A DNA stretch of 60,042 nucleotides, the filler included, from Circinaria calcarea (lineage: Eukaryota), in the NCBI GenBank assembly GCA_051942165.1. It is 10 parts of 10 records of this genome, joined end to end, with 100 filler letters (N's around TTAATTAATTAA, not from the genome) between each part and the next. Parts side by side here need not be neighbours in the genome. Positions count along the whole stretch, not along the records: positions 1 to 5,927 come from JAVECS010001740.1; positions 6,028 to 11,952 come from JAVECS010001741.1; 8 more parts are not named here. One strand, 5' to 3'. This document shows, in pieces, positions 1 to 10,651 of this stretch (positions within the stretch are counted from its first letter, which is position 1; every line of letters begins with the position of its first letter). Position numbers and translations under genes: made by a program. The notes under the pieces are model-generated. The model was not told the origin of the DNA and searched no databases. It worked only from the letters and a program-made list of their open reading frames with translations.

Positions 1-529
1 GCATCCTCACCTTTGACCTGTGACTTGCCCGTAATCCGACTCCACATGATGGGCTGGATGGTGAAAGAGCTGGGCTGAAGGAATAATGAAACCAGCGATA
101 ACTGAAAAAGTCTGGGGGCTGGTGGAGAGTCAGTCGAGCTAGGGGTACCATTGGGATGTCAGCTTGGTTGCTGGAAGCTGTGGCGTAACTCGAAGCAACT
201 GAAGCTGCGGCGGTTCCTGGGTATGGGGTTCGTGAAGTCGAGGAGAAGCTTGAGGAGGTTGGATTGAAGCCACGGTCACGGTCGTCACCCCGTGGTGGTT
301 TTCGGGCAGAAGTAGAGGATACCATGGATTCAGATCGATGCCGTCCAGAGCGCCGCTCCTCTTCTTTGCGCCGAGATGTCTGGGAGCGCGCATCCTCACT
401 TTTGACCTGTGACTTGCCCGTAATCCGACTCCACATGATGGGCTGGATGGTGAAAGAGCTGGGCTGAAGGAATGATGAAACCAGCGTTAACTGGAAAAGT
501 CTGGGGCTGGTGGAGAGTCAGTCGAGCTA
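1..529. repeat. Direct repeat, 389-bp period (copies 1-141 and 390-529)
   Basis: GCATCCTCAC...CAGTCGAGCTA occurs at 1-141 and 390-529. I count 4 substitutions and 1 indel. The first copy is cut by the contig start. Confidence 0.95.
142..436 (-). pseudogene. Duplicated 5' fragment (~98 codons) of a probable Woronin-body tether (Leashin/Lah-like) gene; a second ATG copy at 47 runs off the contig
   Basis: Manual translation from ATG 436: MWSRITGKSQVKSEDARSQTSRRKEEERRSGRHRSESMVSSTSARKPPRGDDRDRGFNPTSSSFSSTSRTPYPGTAAASVASSYATASS. The RKxxRGDDRDRG and SVASSYATA motifs match my recollection of Aspergillus Lah N-termini (not verified). Confidence 0.5.
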
Positions 530-1829
530 ATATCACCAGGTAATTCTGAATTACCTATCAGTATGATTATCGCCAACGCATAAACTCGAAGGGTATCTTG
601 AAGTAAATTCGTAAGGTCGTCAAGGTCTCAAAGCAACGGTTCAGTTATGTAGATGTGCTTGCTCCACTTCACCGCATACTCGGGGGGTTGGTGAAGGGAA
701 ATCCAACTTCAGCTCTACTGTAGACTTTTAGGGTGCGGCATGGGTGCATCTCTAGCGTAATTCCGAAATACACCTATATGACAGAGGGAGTCTACAGGCG
801 ACAGACATATCCTATCTTCGACCGGACATTACCATGTTCAACAATTCGTGCACGCAATCGGCTCTAACCTCACTGTTCACATAGCGTCTATTATGACAAT
901 GTGGATCTGTGAAGCCCCCGAGAGGTGATTGCGCCGTGAGAACAGGAGCTCCATATACTCTATCACAGGCAGATCTAAGGGCAGATCAAAGCACACCGAT
1001 GGCGATTTGCAAATCAAGACTATTGTGCACGGCCACACAGAAAATGTAGTGCGACCCATAACTGTGACGAAACTTCATTTGATTGGGTCCACGTATCAAA
1101 AACTAACCAAACAATAGAGGAGAAATTGATAGCAGAAGAGTAAGATAGAGCCTGTAGGCCTTTCAAAACGCCGAGATGAGATACCCTCTGATGGCCTCCT
1201 GCAACTTCCAACGCTACATTTAGTTCAACTCATACCCTTACCATTTCCATTCCCCACACCATTGGGCGTGCTATTCAATTTTCTTCGGGGACCACTTCCC
1301 GTCCTCATTGTTGCGGAGGCATCTGCGCCAGCCAGCTCGGTGGTGTCATTCCGGTCTAGTCCTGTACTGTCGACCGCAGTGGTAGTAAGCTTTGAAACAA
1401 GTTACGAGTTAATGCTGAGTAGTCGCTGGCGGTCCCGGCGCCTGTATCCCGTACGGAAATTTTTGGGTTGAAGGCCATTGACAGCTCGGCGTTGGCGTTT
1501 GCAAGTTTCTAAGAGGATTAAACAATTACAGTGACATTGCGATAAATAGAAAATACTTAATTAGAATATCAGCACGTTTTGGAATTTACGGGAGAAAAAT
1601 ACTATGGCCATACTCGCCAAGTAGCATGATCAAGAATGTATTAATATGTAATCACGTATCAAGTTGAGCTATGGTGGAAAAGCTTTTAGAGAACCATTTG
1701 AGCAATATGACTGTGCGGGCACTACTGTGGAAGAGAAAACTATCTCATTTTCATAATCATTCTACAGCTCAGTAAAACCTTGTTCGAAAGGCCTTCCCTG
1801 GTAGTTATTTGAATATCGCACAGAGAAGG

Positions 1830-2440
1830 TCCCGTGGTATTATTGCATGAAGTAGGTACAAAGTCAGGCAAGCAACGCCTGATTCACCCTAAGCCTTGAG
1901 ATGCGATTTCTCAACAGCTTTCCCACGGCAACCTGCACCGTCAGAACAAAAGGGTTGATTAAGAACATGCCCTGGTGTGTTGAGATATCCTGTTCATTCT
2001 CACCAGTAAGACGCTTTCACACCTTGTCGAATTAATCCGACCCGAGAAATTCCCAGTGTCATGGCCAAGAAGGCAGGTTGATTCCCCGTGAGGGTTTCGC
2101 CATCCATTCTGCCTGCTGCAATGGCTCTTCTGGCCTGACTCATCCTCGCGGGATCTGCCATCTGATAATAGGCTCGAGCCATGGCTTGCATGTCTTGGGA
2201 AAATGAATGTGGAAACATTTCCATCCGTGGGATTAGCCCAAGGCAAATGTCTTGCTCCCCCAAGTCCGCTACCTCAGCAATCTGCGCGTTCGTCATATGG
2301 CCAAATTCTACCTAGTTGGCACCAAGCGTAGTAAGATTCCCTTCCATCTCATCCACGCCGTCTTGCAACAGAGTTCCGCAAGTCGTCGCTGTTAGATTAG
2401 TCGTATCAATTCCATAACCTCTTAGATACGCGGTTAAGTA
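1830..2440 (-). pseudogene. Degenerate ORF of unknown function
   Basis: The 3' part of ORF 2312-2599 and ORF 2000-2296 are in one frame separated by a single TAG (...TTLGAN*VEFGHMTNAQ...). The frame continues past two more stops (YW*E*TGYLNTPGHVLNQPFCSDGAGCRG). Confidence 0.35.
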
Positions 2441-3033
2441 ATATACAATTAGTAAAGTGTGCGGAAAATAGCAACGGGAATAGTCTCGTACCTTTCTAAC
2501 TTCCCTTCCCTTCCCTTGAACTTCTAGAGGTCGCTCCGTGCTGAAGAGGGGGTTTCCAAAGCAGAAAATACACCTGTTTCGGAAACAATCAGTTTTCACA
2601 GTGTACCTTGCCGTGCGAGCCGCCTGCTTGTTATGGAAGTCCCCCGGACCTTCCTTATAGAAGGTACTCTGTATATAAGTAGTAAAAAGATAGTAGAAAC
2701 GAAGGAAATTTCACCTCCACCACATAACACTGTTCGACATGGTAGTTGTATGCAGTCCTTCGGTTTTCTTCCCGCATATTTCCGCATCATGGTATTTGAC
2801 TCATATATCGGGTAGAAATGATCCTTTAATATCGATAGGTAAAGATAGGTCCAATGCACAAATACAACGTAGGTAGGGCTCAAGCAAATAGTAGGGTTTT
2901 CCATCTCGAAAGAGCTTTCCTCCGATTCACAGCTGCCGCTCCATAGGCCCAGTAGGGATCGCGAACCCCTCTCTATATCTCAACACAAGCAAAGCACAGC
3001 CATGCCACTTGCAAGATATTAATTATAACACAT

Positions 3034-5031
3034 TTAATCTCTCCCACTACTCCCTGGCGCACACTCCTCATCGTATTTTACCTCTTTACCCTCTCCCTTC
3101 TCCTTCTCGATAACCACCCTTGGCCTCTTAGCCGATTGCTTTTTCTCCTTCGGATTGAGCACATCCGCTTGGTTTCCGGGAACTTGCCTTGCTCGCATCT
3201 TCCAGTGCTTAGCCGCGATAGCAGACTCGCTATGGCCATGGAACTGGGAGGTAAACTCTTGAATTAAATCGTTACCGAATCGAGGATGTTTCCGGAGGAC
3301 GTCCGACTCTGCCTCGGACCACGGTACCCTGGTTTCCCGGGTTCTGGGTTGTCCCTCTGGTACTTTGCGCCGGTTAAAGAGGCCCTTTATCTTCGTGACT
3401 ATTCGATCGTACCCGAAACGCTCACGAAACGGCCCCAATGGCGTCTTGTCATCTAGAAACTCATCAGCAGACTTATTTCGTCCTTAGATCAAGGGCTTCT
3501 CGGCTCGTTGTGATGAGGTTCATGCGAGCCCCCGCGCTTGTCATATCCCAAGTTATTGAACATTGCCCTAACTGCCAAATCTGTGCGCCCTCCATGGAAG
3601 CGATTCTCGAGTGGCAGTATGGCATCCTCCCATTTTACCACGACTTTCAAAACCGCGAGTTCCTCTAGTGTCCATTTCAGCCTCTACATGCTAGTCTCCA
3701 GGTCCATGCTCTTAGCGAAATAGGTTTTGTTAAACATGTTCCGTACGCTCATTGGTGACCTTCCTAGGCCACAGCTACTTAAAGCCTTTGCCGCGGAACT
3801 AGCTGTGACACTACTTTTGACGATTTCGATCTCTTCCGTGCTCCATTCTGTTTCTCTATCTTTCGAATCTCTTACGCCTTTTGATTTCAATTGGAGATAG
3901 CGTCTATGAATGACAGCCGCTTTGAATCTTTCGAAGCCCGCGGTAGCGAGCACTGCTTGCGCGACCTCGTCTGATTTCTTACCACTAATAATAGCAATTT
4001 CCTCTTTAGTCTAAGGCCTGTTTACATGGGGGTCTTCAAGCAAACCTAATGTCCTTCGTTACCCTTGGACATAACGCTTGGATCGGGTAAACCCCGCGGC
4101 CGTATACTTTTTATATATATCCCTGGGTTCTGCTGTTTGGTTCTACTCCAGTATTCCTAATTCTTCCATTGTCCACCGTGGCGGTTTTTCTGTTTTGGTC
4201 GGTTTCTCTTTGATCAGCTCTTTATCCAATCCTTCTTCAGTTGCCACCGCCCTGAGTTTGTGCACCGTTTTCATGGGCCCATGTTGACCTAGATTCAGTT
4301 GGTTCCTTTGCCACAGGCAAGCTGCGTAACTGCGATGGAAGCCCGTGACTTCCAGCTTTGAAACAGCCGATCTAGTGTCCGCGGCCTCAGACACTATTTT
4401 GATCTCCTCGCGGGTCCATTTGAGCTCGTTTCCAAACACAGAGAATCTTGATGATGACTGACGATTAAGTCCTTCCCATGGCCTAATCCAACATCCCTGC
4501 GGGCGAACCAATCTTGCAAATTCGAGTGCCATAGGACTTGTGGAGATCCACTCTCGATTTGGTGAGTCTCCAGGAGAACCATTAAAGCAGTTTCTAATGT
4601 CGCTGTTACGCCTCGAAGTTGAAGTTCTTCCCGGTCCGTGGTAGGTTGAGTGAACCTTGCCAAAGCCCGTATGTGCGCTTCTCTCCCAGGCACCATGAAG
4701 AACTTGTAAACGGCCTGGACTGAACAATCTGGAAGGGTTCCGTTCATTGCACTGGCTATTTTACGGTCATGATGTCCTAGCCTTCCGCGGAAAACGAGCT
4801 CTGCCATGGTCTGACCCATGTAGGCCTCCAAGATATCCACACCAGTTCCGAATATGCCATACACTCCCCAGTCCCTTCCGCGGTGATCGCTGAGGTCTTC
4901 AAGTTGCTGGGAGGTCCATTGGACCCCACCAAAAGGTTCTTCACCTCCACGGGTATACTTCTCAGAACCGTACCAATCAGTGGAGTGGGATTGTACGAGA
5001 CACGGAATGGCAAAGCCGTAGTGATAAACAT
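3034..5031 (-). pseudogene. Decayed GIY-YIG-like endonuclease fused to seven Myb/SANT-like repeats
   Basis: Motifs WGVYGIFG...EAYMGQT...FRGRLGHH, LETALMVLL and WEGLNR. These are followed by repeats KWTREEI, RWTMEEL, RP*TKEEI, EWSTEEI, KWTLEEL, SP*SKDEI and PWSEAES. There are five in-frame stops and about three frameshifts. Confidence 0.65.
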
Positions 5032-5102
5032 AAAAATTGGAAGTTAACGAAAGTCATATATACACGGTGGCATTGGGTTACGAACAGAGAGTACTTTAAT
5101 GT

Positions 5103-5157
5103 AATATTCTTACTACCCGTTGATGAATATTCTTACCACCCGTTGATGAATATTCTT
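5103..5157. repeat. 23-bp tandem repeat (~2.4 copies)
   Basis: AATATTCTTAC(T/C)ACCCGTTGATG twice, plus AATATTCTT. Confidence 0.9.
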
Positions 5158-5542
5158 GTTCTTCCCGAAATCATAAATTCACTCTAACTAATTTTCTAGA
5201 CTCCCTTGAAGAGCTCAACTGTAGATAACAACAACACTTCTCAATTACCAGTTCCATCGCTCTCATAAAATGTTTGAGTCCCACATATTAAAAGGCGAGA
5301 GATGAGGAGCGCAACAATTAATGATCGTGAGGGTGCCCTCCAGTGCCTATTCCAGTTTTGGTATGAATTTTCAAGTGTGGTTTGGCCCTCGATACATATA
5401 TATCCTGGTAGGCATAGCCTATTTTATTTACGCAGTAATGCTCGTAAGCCCTAAGATACCCCGCTTGCTCGCAGGCTGGTAAAGTAACTTATCCCAAAAA
5501 CAGCTTCGTCGTCTTGCGCTTCGCATCCCAAGGATTATATAT

Positions 5543-5927
5543 TCAGGCATCACCAGTATCTACTACGAAATAACGAAATAATGCCTCCCAACGGCCGGTG
5601 GCTCCCCCGCGAGGGTTGGTATACCTCGAGTTACCCTTCGAGGGCTGACGGTTGAAAACGGAAAAGGCTTCTCCCTCGACGTCCTGCAGAGTGTCGTCGA
5701 AAAGACGGCGCTGAACCCGGCGCTGAGTCTGCCTCTCTTCCTCCTCTCGCGCTACACCCGCAAAGGGCAATCCATTACCTCCGGCTATGAGAAAGCCCTG
5801 CAATCCCTCAAAGTGCTCGTGTGCCTCGGGCTGGCGCGATGGATCAACGGCGTCTTGAACAGAGGGGTACTGGCCAACTGGAAGAGTGACAAGTGGGACT
5901 GGAGTAAGGATTTTGTCGTCATCACGG
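5543..5927 (-). CDS. 3' end of hypothetical protein (truncated by contig end)
   Basis: The frame is open from the contig end (RDDDKILTPVPLVTLPVGQYPSVQDAVDP...) to the stop at 5543. No family recognised. Confidence 0.4.
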
Positions 5928-6027
5928 NNNNNNNNNNNNNNNNNNNNNNNNNNNNNNNNNNNNNNNNNNNNTTAATTAATTAANNNNNNNNNNNNNNNNN
6001 NNNNNNNNNNNNNNNNNNNNNNNNNNN
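5928..6027. other. Artificial contig spacer N44-TTAATTAATTAA-N44
   Basis: Fixed 100-bp linker with stops in all six frames. Confidence 0.98.
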
Positions 6028-6538
6028 GGATCGAACACTTTTGAAGAAAGGGGAGGTGGAAAGGGGGTGGGGGAAAGGAACCAGGCAGAGCGCGACCTGT
6101 TTCTGGATTGCTTGTTTGGAGGTGGGGAATGTGCTGGTTTGGAGGTGTTAGCGGTTGTTGTTGAGAGCGTTGTGCATGGTGAGGGGTTCGATAGGATGGA
6201 TGGGAGCTAGGAAAGGAGGGTCTTGTTGAATGGGATGGAGGATTTATGGGGGTATTGTCAATCTCGTTTGGGCGCGGGGATCCGGTGGAGTTGCCGGGAT
6301 GAGAGAATATGGAGGTGTATAGGTAGTTGATGGGATAAAATAGAGTGTCCCGTGTGGTTATTATTAAGGGGGAATAGTATTGACCGGTTATAGCGTATTG
6401 AATGGCTCAGTTGTAAAGGTACGGTATAGTACTCGGGCCACGAAATTTTCTATTTGTCAAGAAAAATATAGCCAGGCAAGAGCCACCACCCTTCAGCAAT
6501 GCAATGACATACCCCACATCTCCCTTGGATATACCTTG

Positions 6539-7310
6539 TCACTTTGGCTCCTTCCATCCAATCGGAATCAGGGCAGCGGCAATGCTGCTGACGCCCCTTT
6601 CCGTAGCCAGAAGATTGAATTGCGCGGCTGCGTTCCTGGTGTCTTGTATATCGACTCTGATCCCTAGCGAGTTGATGTACTTTCTCGTCTCCGGCGAGAT
6701 GGGGTATACTGATGGTCCGAGGCCTAGGATGAGCATATCTGTTCGGCTAGCAGTCTTAGAGCTCCTTGTCCTACACTGGTCGTAAATTCTTGGACAGGTA
6801 GAGATAGAACATACCCGGCTTCGGCCACACCAGATCCAGCACGCCCCAGGCCTCACGTTCAACATCCCACTGGCCCTTTTTATTGATCATCCGCCCCTTC
6901 GCCGTCCCACTTCCCCGGAGCCCTGCTTCCCACGGCCTCCAGCTGAAAGCCTCGCCCGCGACCAGAAGACACCCCGAACCTCCCCCGATCTTCAATCCGT
7001 TGTCCAGATGGAAGCCGTCGGAGAGGCAGGCATCAATGGCGGTCGTTGGGGGAGGGGTATTGCCAAGGACGTCCATGGAACCGAAGTCGGTTTGGGTGTC
7101 TTCTTTGGAGGGGGGACCGCGGTCGGAAGATTTGGAGACGGGGCGGGATAAGGGTCCGCTTGCGGTGGAGAAGGCGGGTGATGGGTTTCGGAAAGGGTGG
7201 ATGGTGGATACTAGGGTGCTGCATGTTAGGATACGAGAGGTTCTGGTGGTGGACCGGATGAAATCGGTGGCTCTAAGGGCGCGCAGCAGTTGTGAACTTG
7301 GGCAGAACAT
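6539..7310 (-). CDS. NDUFAF3: NADH dehydrogenase 1 alpha subcomplex assembly factor 3 (Mth938-like/DUF498 domain)
   Basis: Mitochondrial presequence-like N-terminus. Intron 6739-6814 (GTATGT...AACAG) joins PKP|DMLILGLG. C-terminus DTRNAAAQFNLLATERG...AAALIP is typical of the family. Confidence 0.85.
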
Positions 7311-7436
7311 TCTTGCTTAATAGCTTCGAGTAGGGGAGTATAGAGGACTCTAGTGGAAAAGGTGACTGCCTCTATTTACCATATAAACTGCAGTCCGTCG
7401 GACTAGATTGACTGCTCGGTAAAGCAGTAGCCACCA

Positions 7437-7444
7437 TGACGTCA
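7437..7444. promoter_or_regulatory. Possible CRE (ATF/CREB) site in the divergent NDUFAF3/SDR promoter
   Basis: Perfect TGACGTCA palindrome 127 bp upstream of the NDUFAF3 ATG. Motif match only. Confidence 0.3.
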
Positions 7445-8029
7445 ATGAGATGTGGCTGAGCATGAGGCCGGGATTCGGCGACACCTCCGATGATCGACGT
7501 TTTGTGGGGAAGAGCTAGCTAGTGAAGTCATTGGACGGGACGTCAACACCGTTAGATAGTTGTACTGGTATGATGCCATCCCACAGCTCATCTACGTAGG
7601 ATTGACGAAGTGTACCTACTGTGCACCTCAGTAATCGAGGGCAAAAGATGATGGCTTTGTCTGTCGTCAATGGCCCTTCGGCACGGTCTCAACATCTTTC
7701 GAGAAGCAGTCAATTGGACTCGAGCTGTACCGTAAATAGGAAACACTTCATCTTATTCTACAGCTACGTTTGTACGTCAACTGCATTCGACCAGCATGCT
7801 CCTTCAGGCAGAGCGTCAGTCCTTACGGGCGGCCCGAAAGCTGCAGGGCGTAGCTAATTCCAGAACTCAATGGACTGTGACATCACTGCCCTATGTGAGA
7901 GGGGAAACGAAGTATGTATTCTCCACCAAACCTACTTCTTCTTTCATGACCGGTAAACCTTTCGTCTCTCCACAAACAACTCGTCTACAGCAATTTCGAA
8001 AACACTTTTCCACCACATCATCTACCAGA

Positions 8030-9028
8030 ATGCCTGAAAACAACAACGACCAGTTCGAAATTGCTAACCTCTTCGATGTCAAGGGCAAGGTGAGTTTTCA
8101 ACATTTACGTTCACTTCTAGATTGCAGCTGAGTTCCTTGAATGTAGGTTGCTCTTGTCACCGGTGGAGGTAGTGGTATAGGTCTCATGTGCACTCAAGCA
8201 CTTGCCGTCAACGGAGCCAAGGTCTACATCGTTGGACGCACAGACGATAAGCTTGAGACTGTTGCCGAGACGTACGGCAAGGACATCTCCGGTCAAATCA
8301 TCCCCCTCGTCGCCGACATCACCAAGAAAGACGACATCAAGAAGTTGGTCAAGGAAGTCGAGTCCCGTGAGAAGTGTCTCTGCATCCTCATCAACAATGC
8401 TGGCATCAGCAGCGCCACGCTTACGACCGAGACCAAGACCGCAGAGGAAATGTCCAAGAACCTTTTCGAAGATGAGAAGTCAACCTTTGAAGATTGGGAC
8501 GCTACTCACCGTACCAATGTTGCTTCGATCTTCTTCATGACCACGGCCTTCCTACCCCTACTCCAAAAAGCTACTGAACACCAGCGTGGGTACTCTGGCA
8601 CAGTCATCAACATCACCTCCATTTCCGGCTTGGTTAAGACAGCCCAACACCACTTTGCCTGTAGGTGTCTGAAATGATGCTTACTGTACAGCGGATTTCT
8701 TACTAACATTGTTTAAGATAATGCGTCTAAGGGGGCAGCGATCCATCTCACTAAATTACTCGCGTCTGAGGTGGCCGGTAATGGTTTGAAGGTTCGAATT
8801 AACTCCATTGCACCAGGTGTGTACCCAAGTGAAATGACAGCGGGCGAGAGTGGAGACAACCAGAAGAGTGAGCTCCCAAAGGAGCAGTTTGAAGGGAAGG
8901 TCCCTGCCCGCCGTCCCGGCCACGATAGGGACATGGCAAATGCTATCCTCTTCGCTTCCACTAACACCTATCTCAACGGCCAGACTGTGGTGGTTGATGG
9001 CGGATACTTGTTGGCGGCTGGAACATAA
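8030..9028 (+). CDS. Short-chain dehydrogenase/reductase (classical SDR), 3 exons
   Basis: LFDVKGK|VALVTGGGSGIG (intron 8090-8146), INNAG, spliced YNASK catalytic motif, RINSIAPG, GQTVVVDGG. In-frame upstream ATGs (7796, ~7947) are possible alternative starts. Confidence 0.9.
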
Positions 9029-10651
9029 GCTTGGCAGGGACTTATACAACTCCTTATGTGCCGCTGGTAAGTATTAGTCATAAATTGCATAAAGTCAACA
9101 CTTGAGCACCTCATAGTCCCATTTAGTTACTCGGCCTGACTTTGAGGTGAAAATGGATCAGTTGACCATGGAAATAAATCATTTCCAGCACTCTGCCTTG
9201 CTGTGACCACTTGAGCCTGTCCACAACCTATTTTGATCAACTGTCTACGTGCACCTATTCGGCTTTGCACCTCTTCCCCTATCGGTCTCCTCCGTCCTCC
9301 ATTACCCTAGAGGCTCTCGCCTTGTCGCGTTTCAGTCCGTTGCATAGTATTACCTCCATCTCTTCCTAACCTCAAATTGGCATGGTCGAGATGGTAAGAT
9401 GTACGTTTTGAGGTTGAAAGCTGTAGGGAAGAAGATTTTATGTGGGGAGATATTCGAGAGGACAAATTACCGACCATGTTTAGTTTCTCAAATACATATT
9501 AGTTCTCATCATCTGTGCCCGCGCTGGTGGATGGAGTTCACGTGATTAAAACAGCTTTAAAGGGATTAGCTCGCTATGGTAGGGTAACATTTACACAGTA
9601 AGGATCTACCATAGCTTCAACTGTACCTCTACCCGGAATAAATTTTGAGCGAGGCTTAACTTATGGAGTACGCCGCCCAGATATCCGGATCTCGCTAGGG
9701 AACATTTTAGAACTGCACAATGTCTACACTGTAGAAGCATCCCTTACTCGAGCTTGAGCCCTTCATGGCATATCATCCCACTCTCTACATTCAAGCCGGT
9801 GGGTTACCACCTTTACCAATCCTGACAGCTAGGGCGGTGGCGGTAAGCTCGTTGATGAATCACTTAGCTGAGGTGAGCTGAGTCGCACAATGTCTCTCAA
9901 CCATGCTGAAGTCGAGGGCAACTATTTTAAGCACTACACACGCCTGTTGTTCGAGCTGATCATGAAACTGTGCCCTTTACCTGTATGAATTCGGTGAGAA
10001 CCGCGTCGTATGGCGACCTCTGTCGGCCTTAACCCACGTTATCCGGGCGGCCTGTGTTCAGGTCTGGGTCACGTTGGTGGCGGATCGGATGTGGGAACAC
10101 TATGAACGGATTACAAAGTCCGATGAGGAGGGGGAAGAGGGGAGAGATTGAGGTGACATCTCGTTAACACGGGTCGTGTCTCTGGAAATAATATCCAGCT
10201 GGTCCTGAGGAACTATGCCCAGAGCAGAAGCTGAACGACAATCGTGTGCCGGCAGACGCACGGCGATAAGATTTGTTGCTGTCACAGAGTTTACACTCTT
10301 CGCAGTCTAGACGAACCGACCCTTCGAGCCTCATTCTGAACACAAAGTGGCTTGTCCGTACGCAGCTTGCCCCCATCGCGGTGTAACTTCCACAGCCATC
10401 CTCTTGTCAGACGAATATCAAAACGACGGTCATTGGCAGCCGTTAGACGAGTGGCTGAGAGGTGAAGCTTCAATACGAGGATCTGGACAATGTGAGTGAT
10501 CAGAGCTCGCTGAGTGTATGCATTACGATATGCTCGACTTACAGCATCCTTTCTTATAAATACCGTGTGTTTCTTCCTTTCCAAGTAAATAGTATCTAGT
10601 AGGTCACATCTATCTCAATTCGGAGATTTCTATTCGAATCTTCCAATCGAC

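Noticed and set aside
3438..3668. Plus-strand ORF with H..H..CPNC resembling a retroelement integrase zinc-binding motif
   Set aside because: It is antisense to the Myb-repeat frame, which explains the region better. No RT, RNase H or DDE integrase core is nearby.
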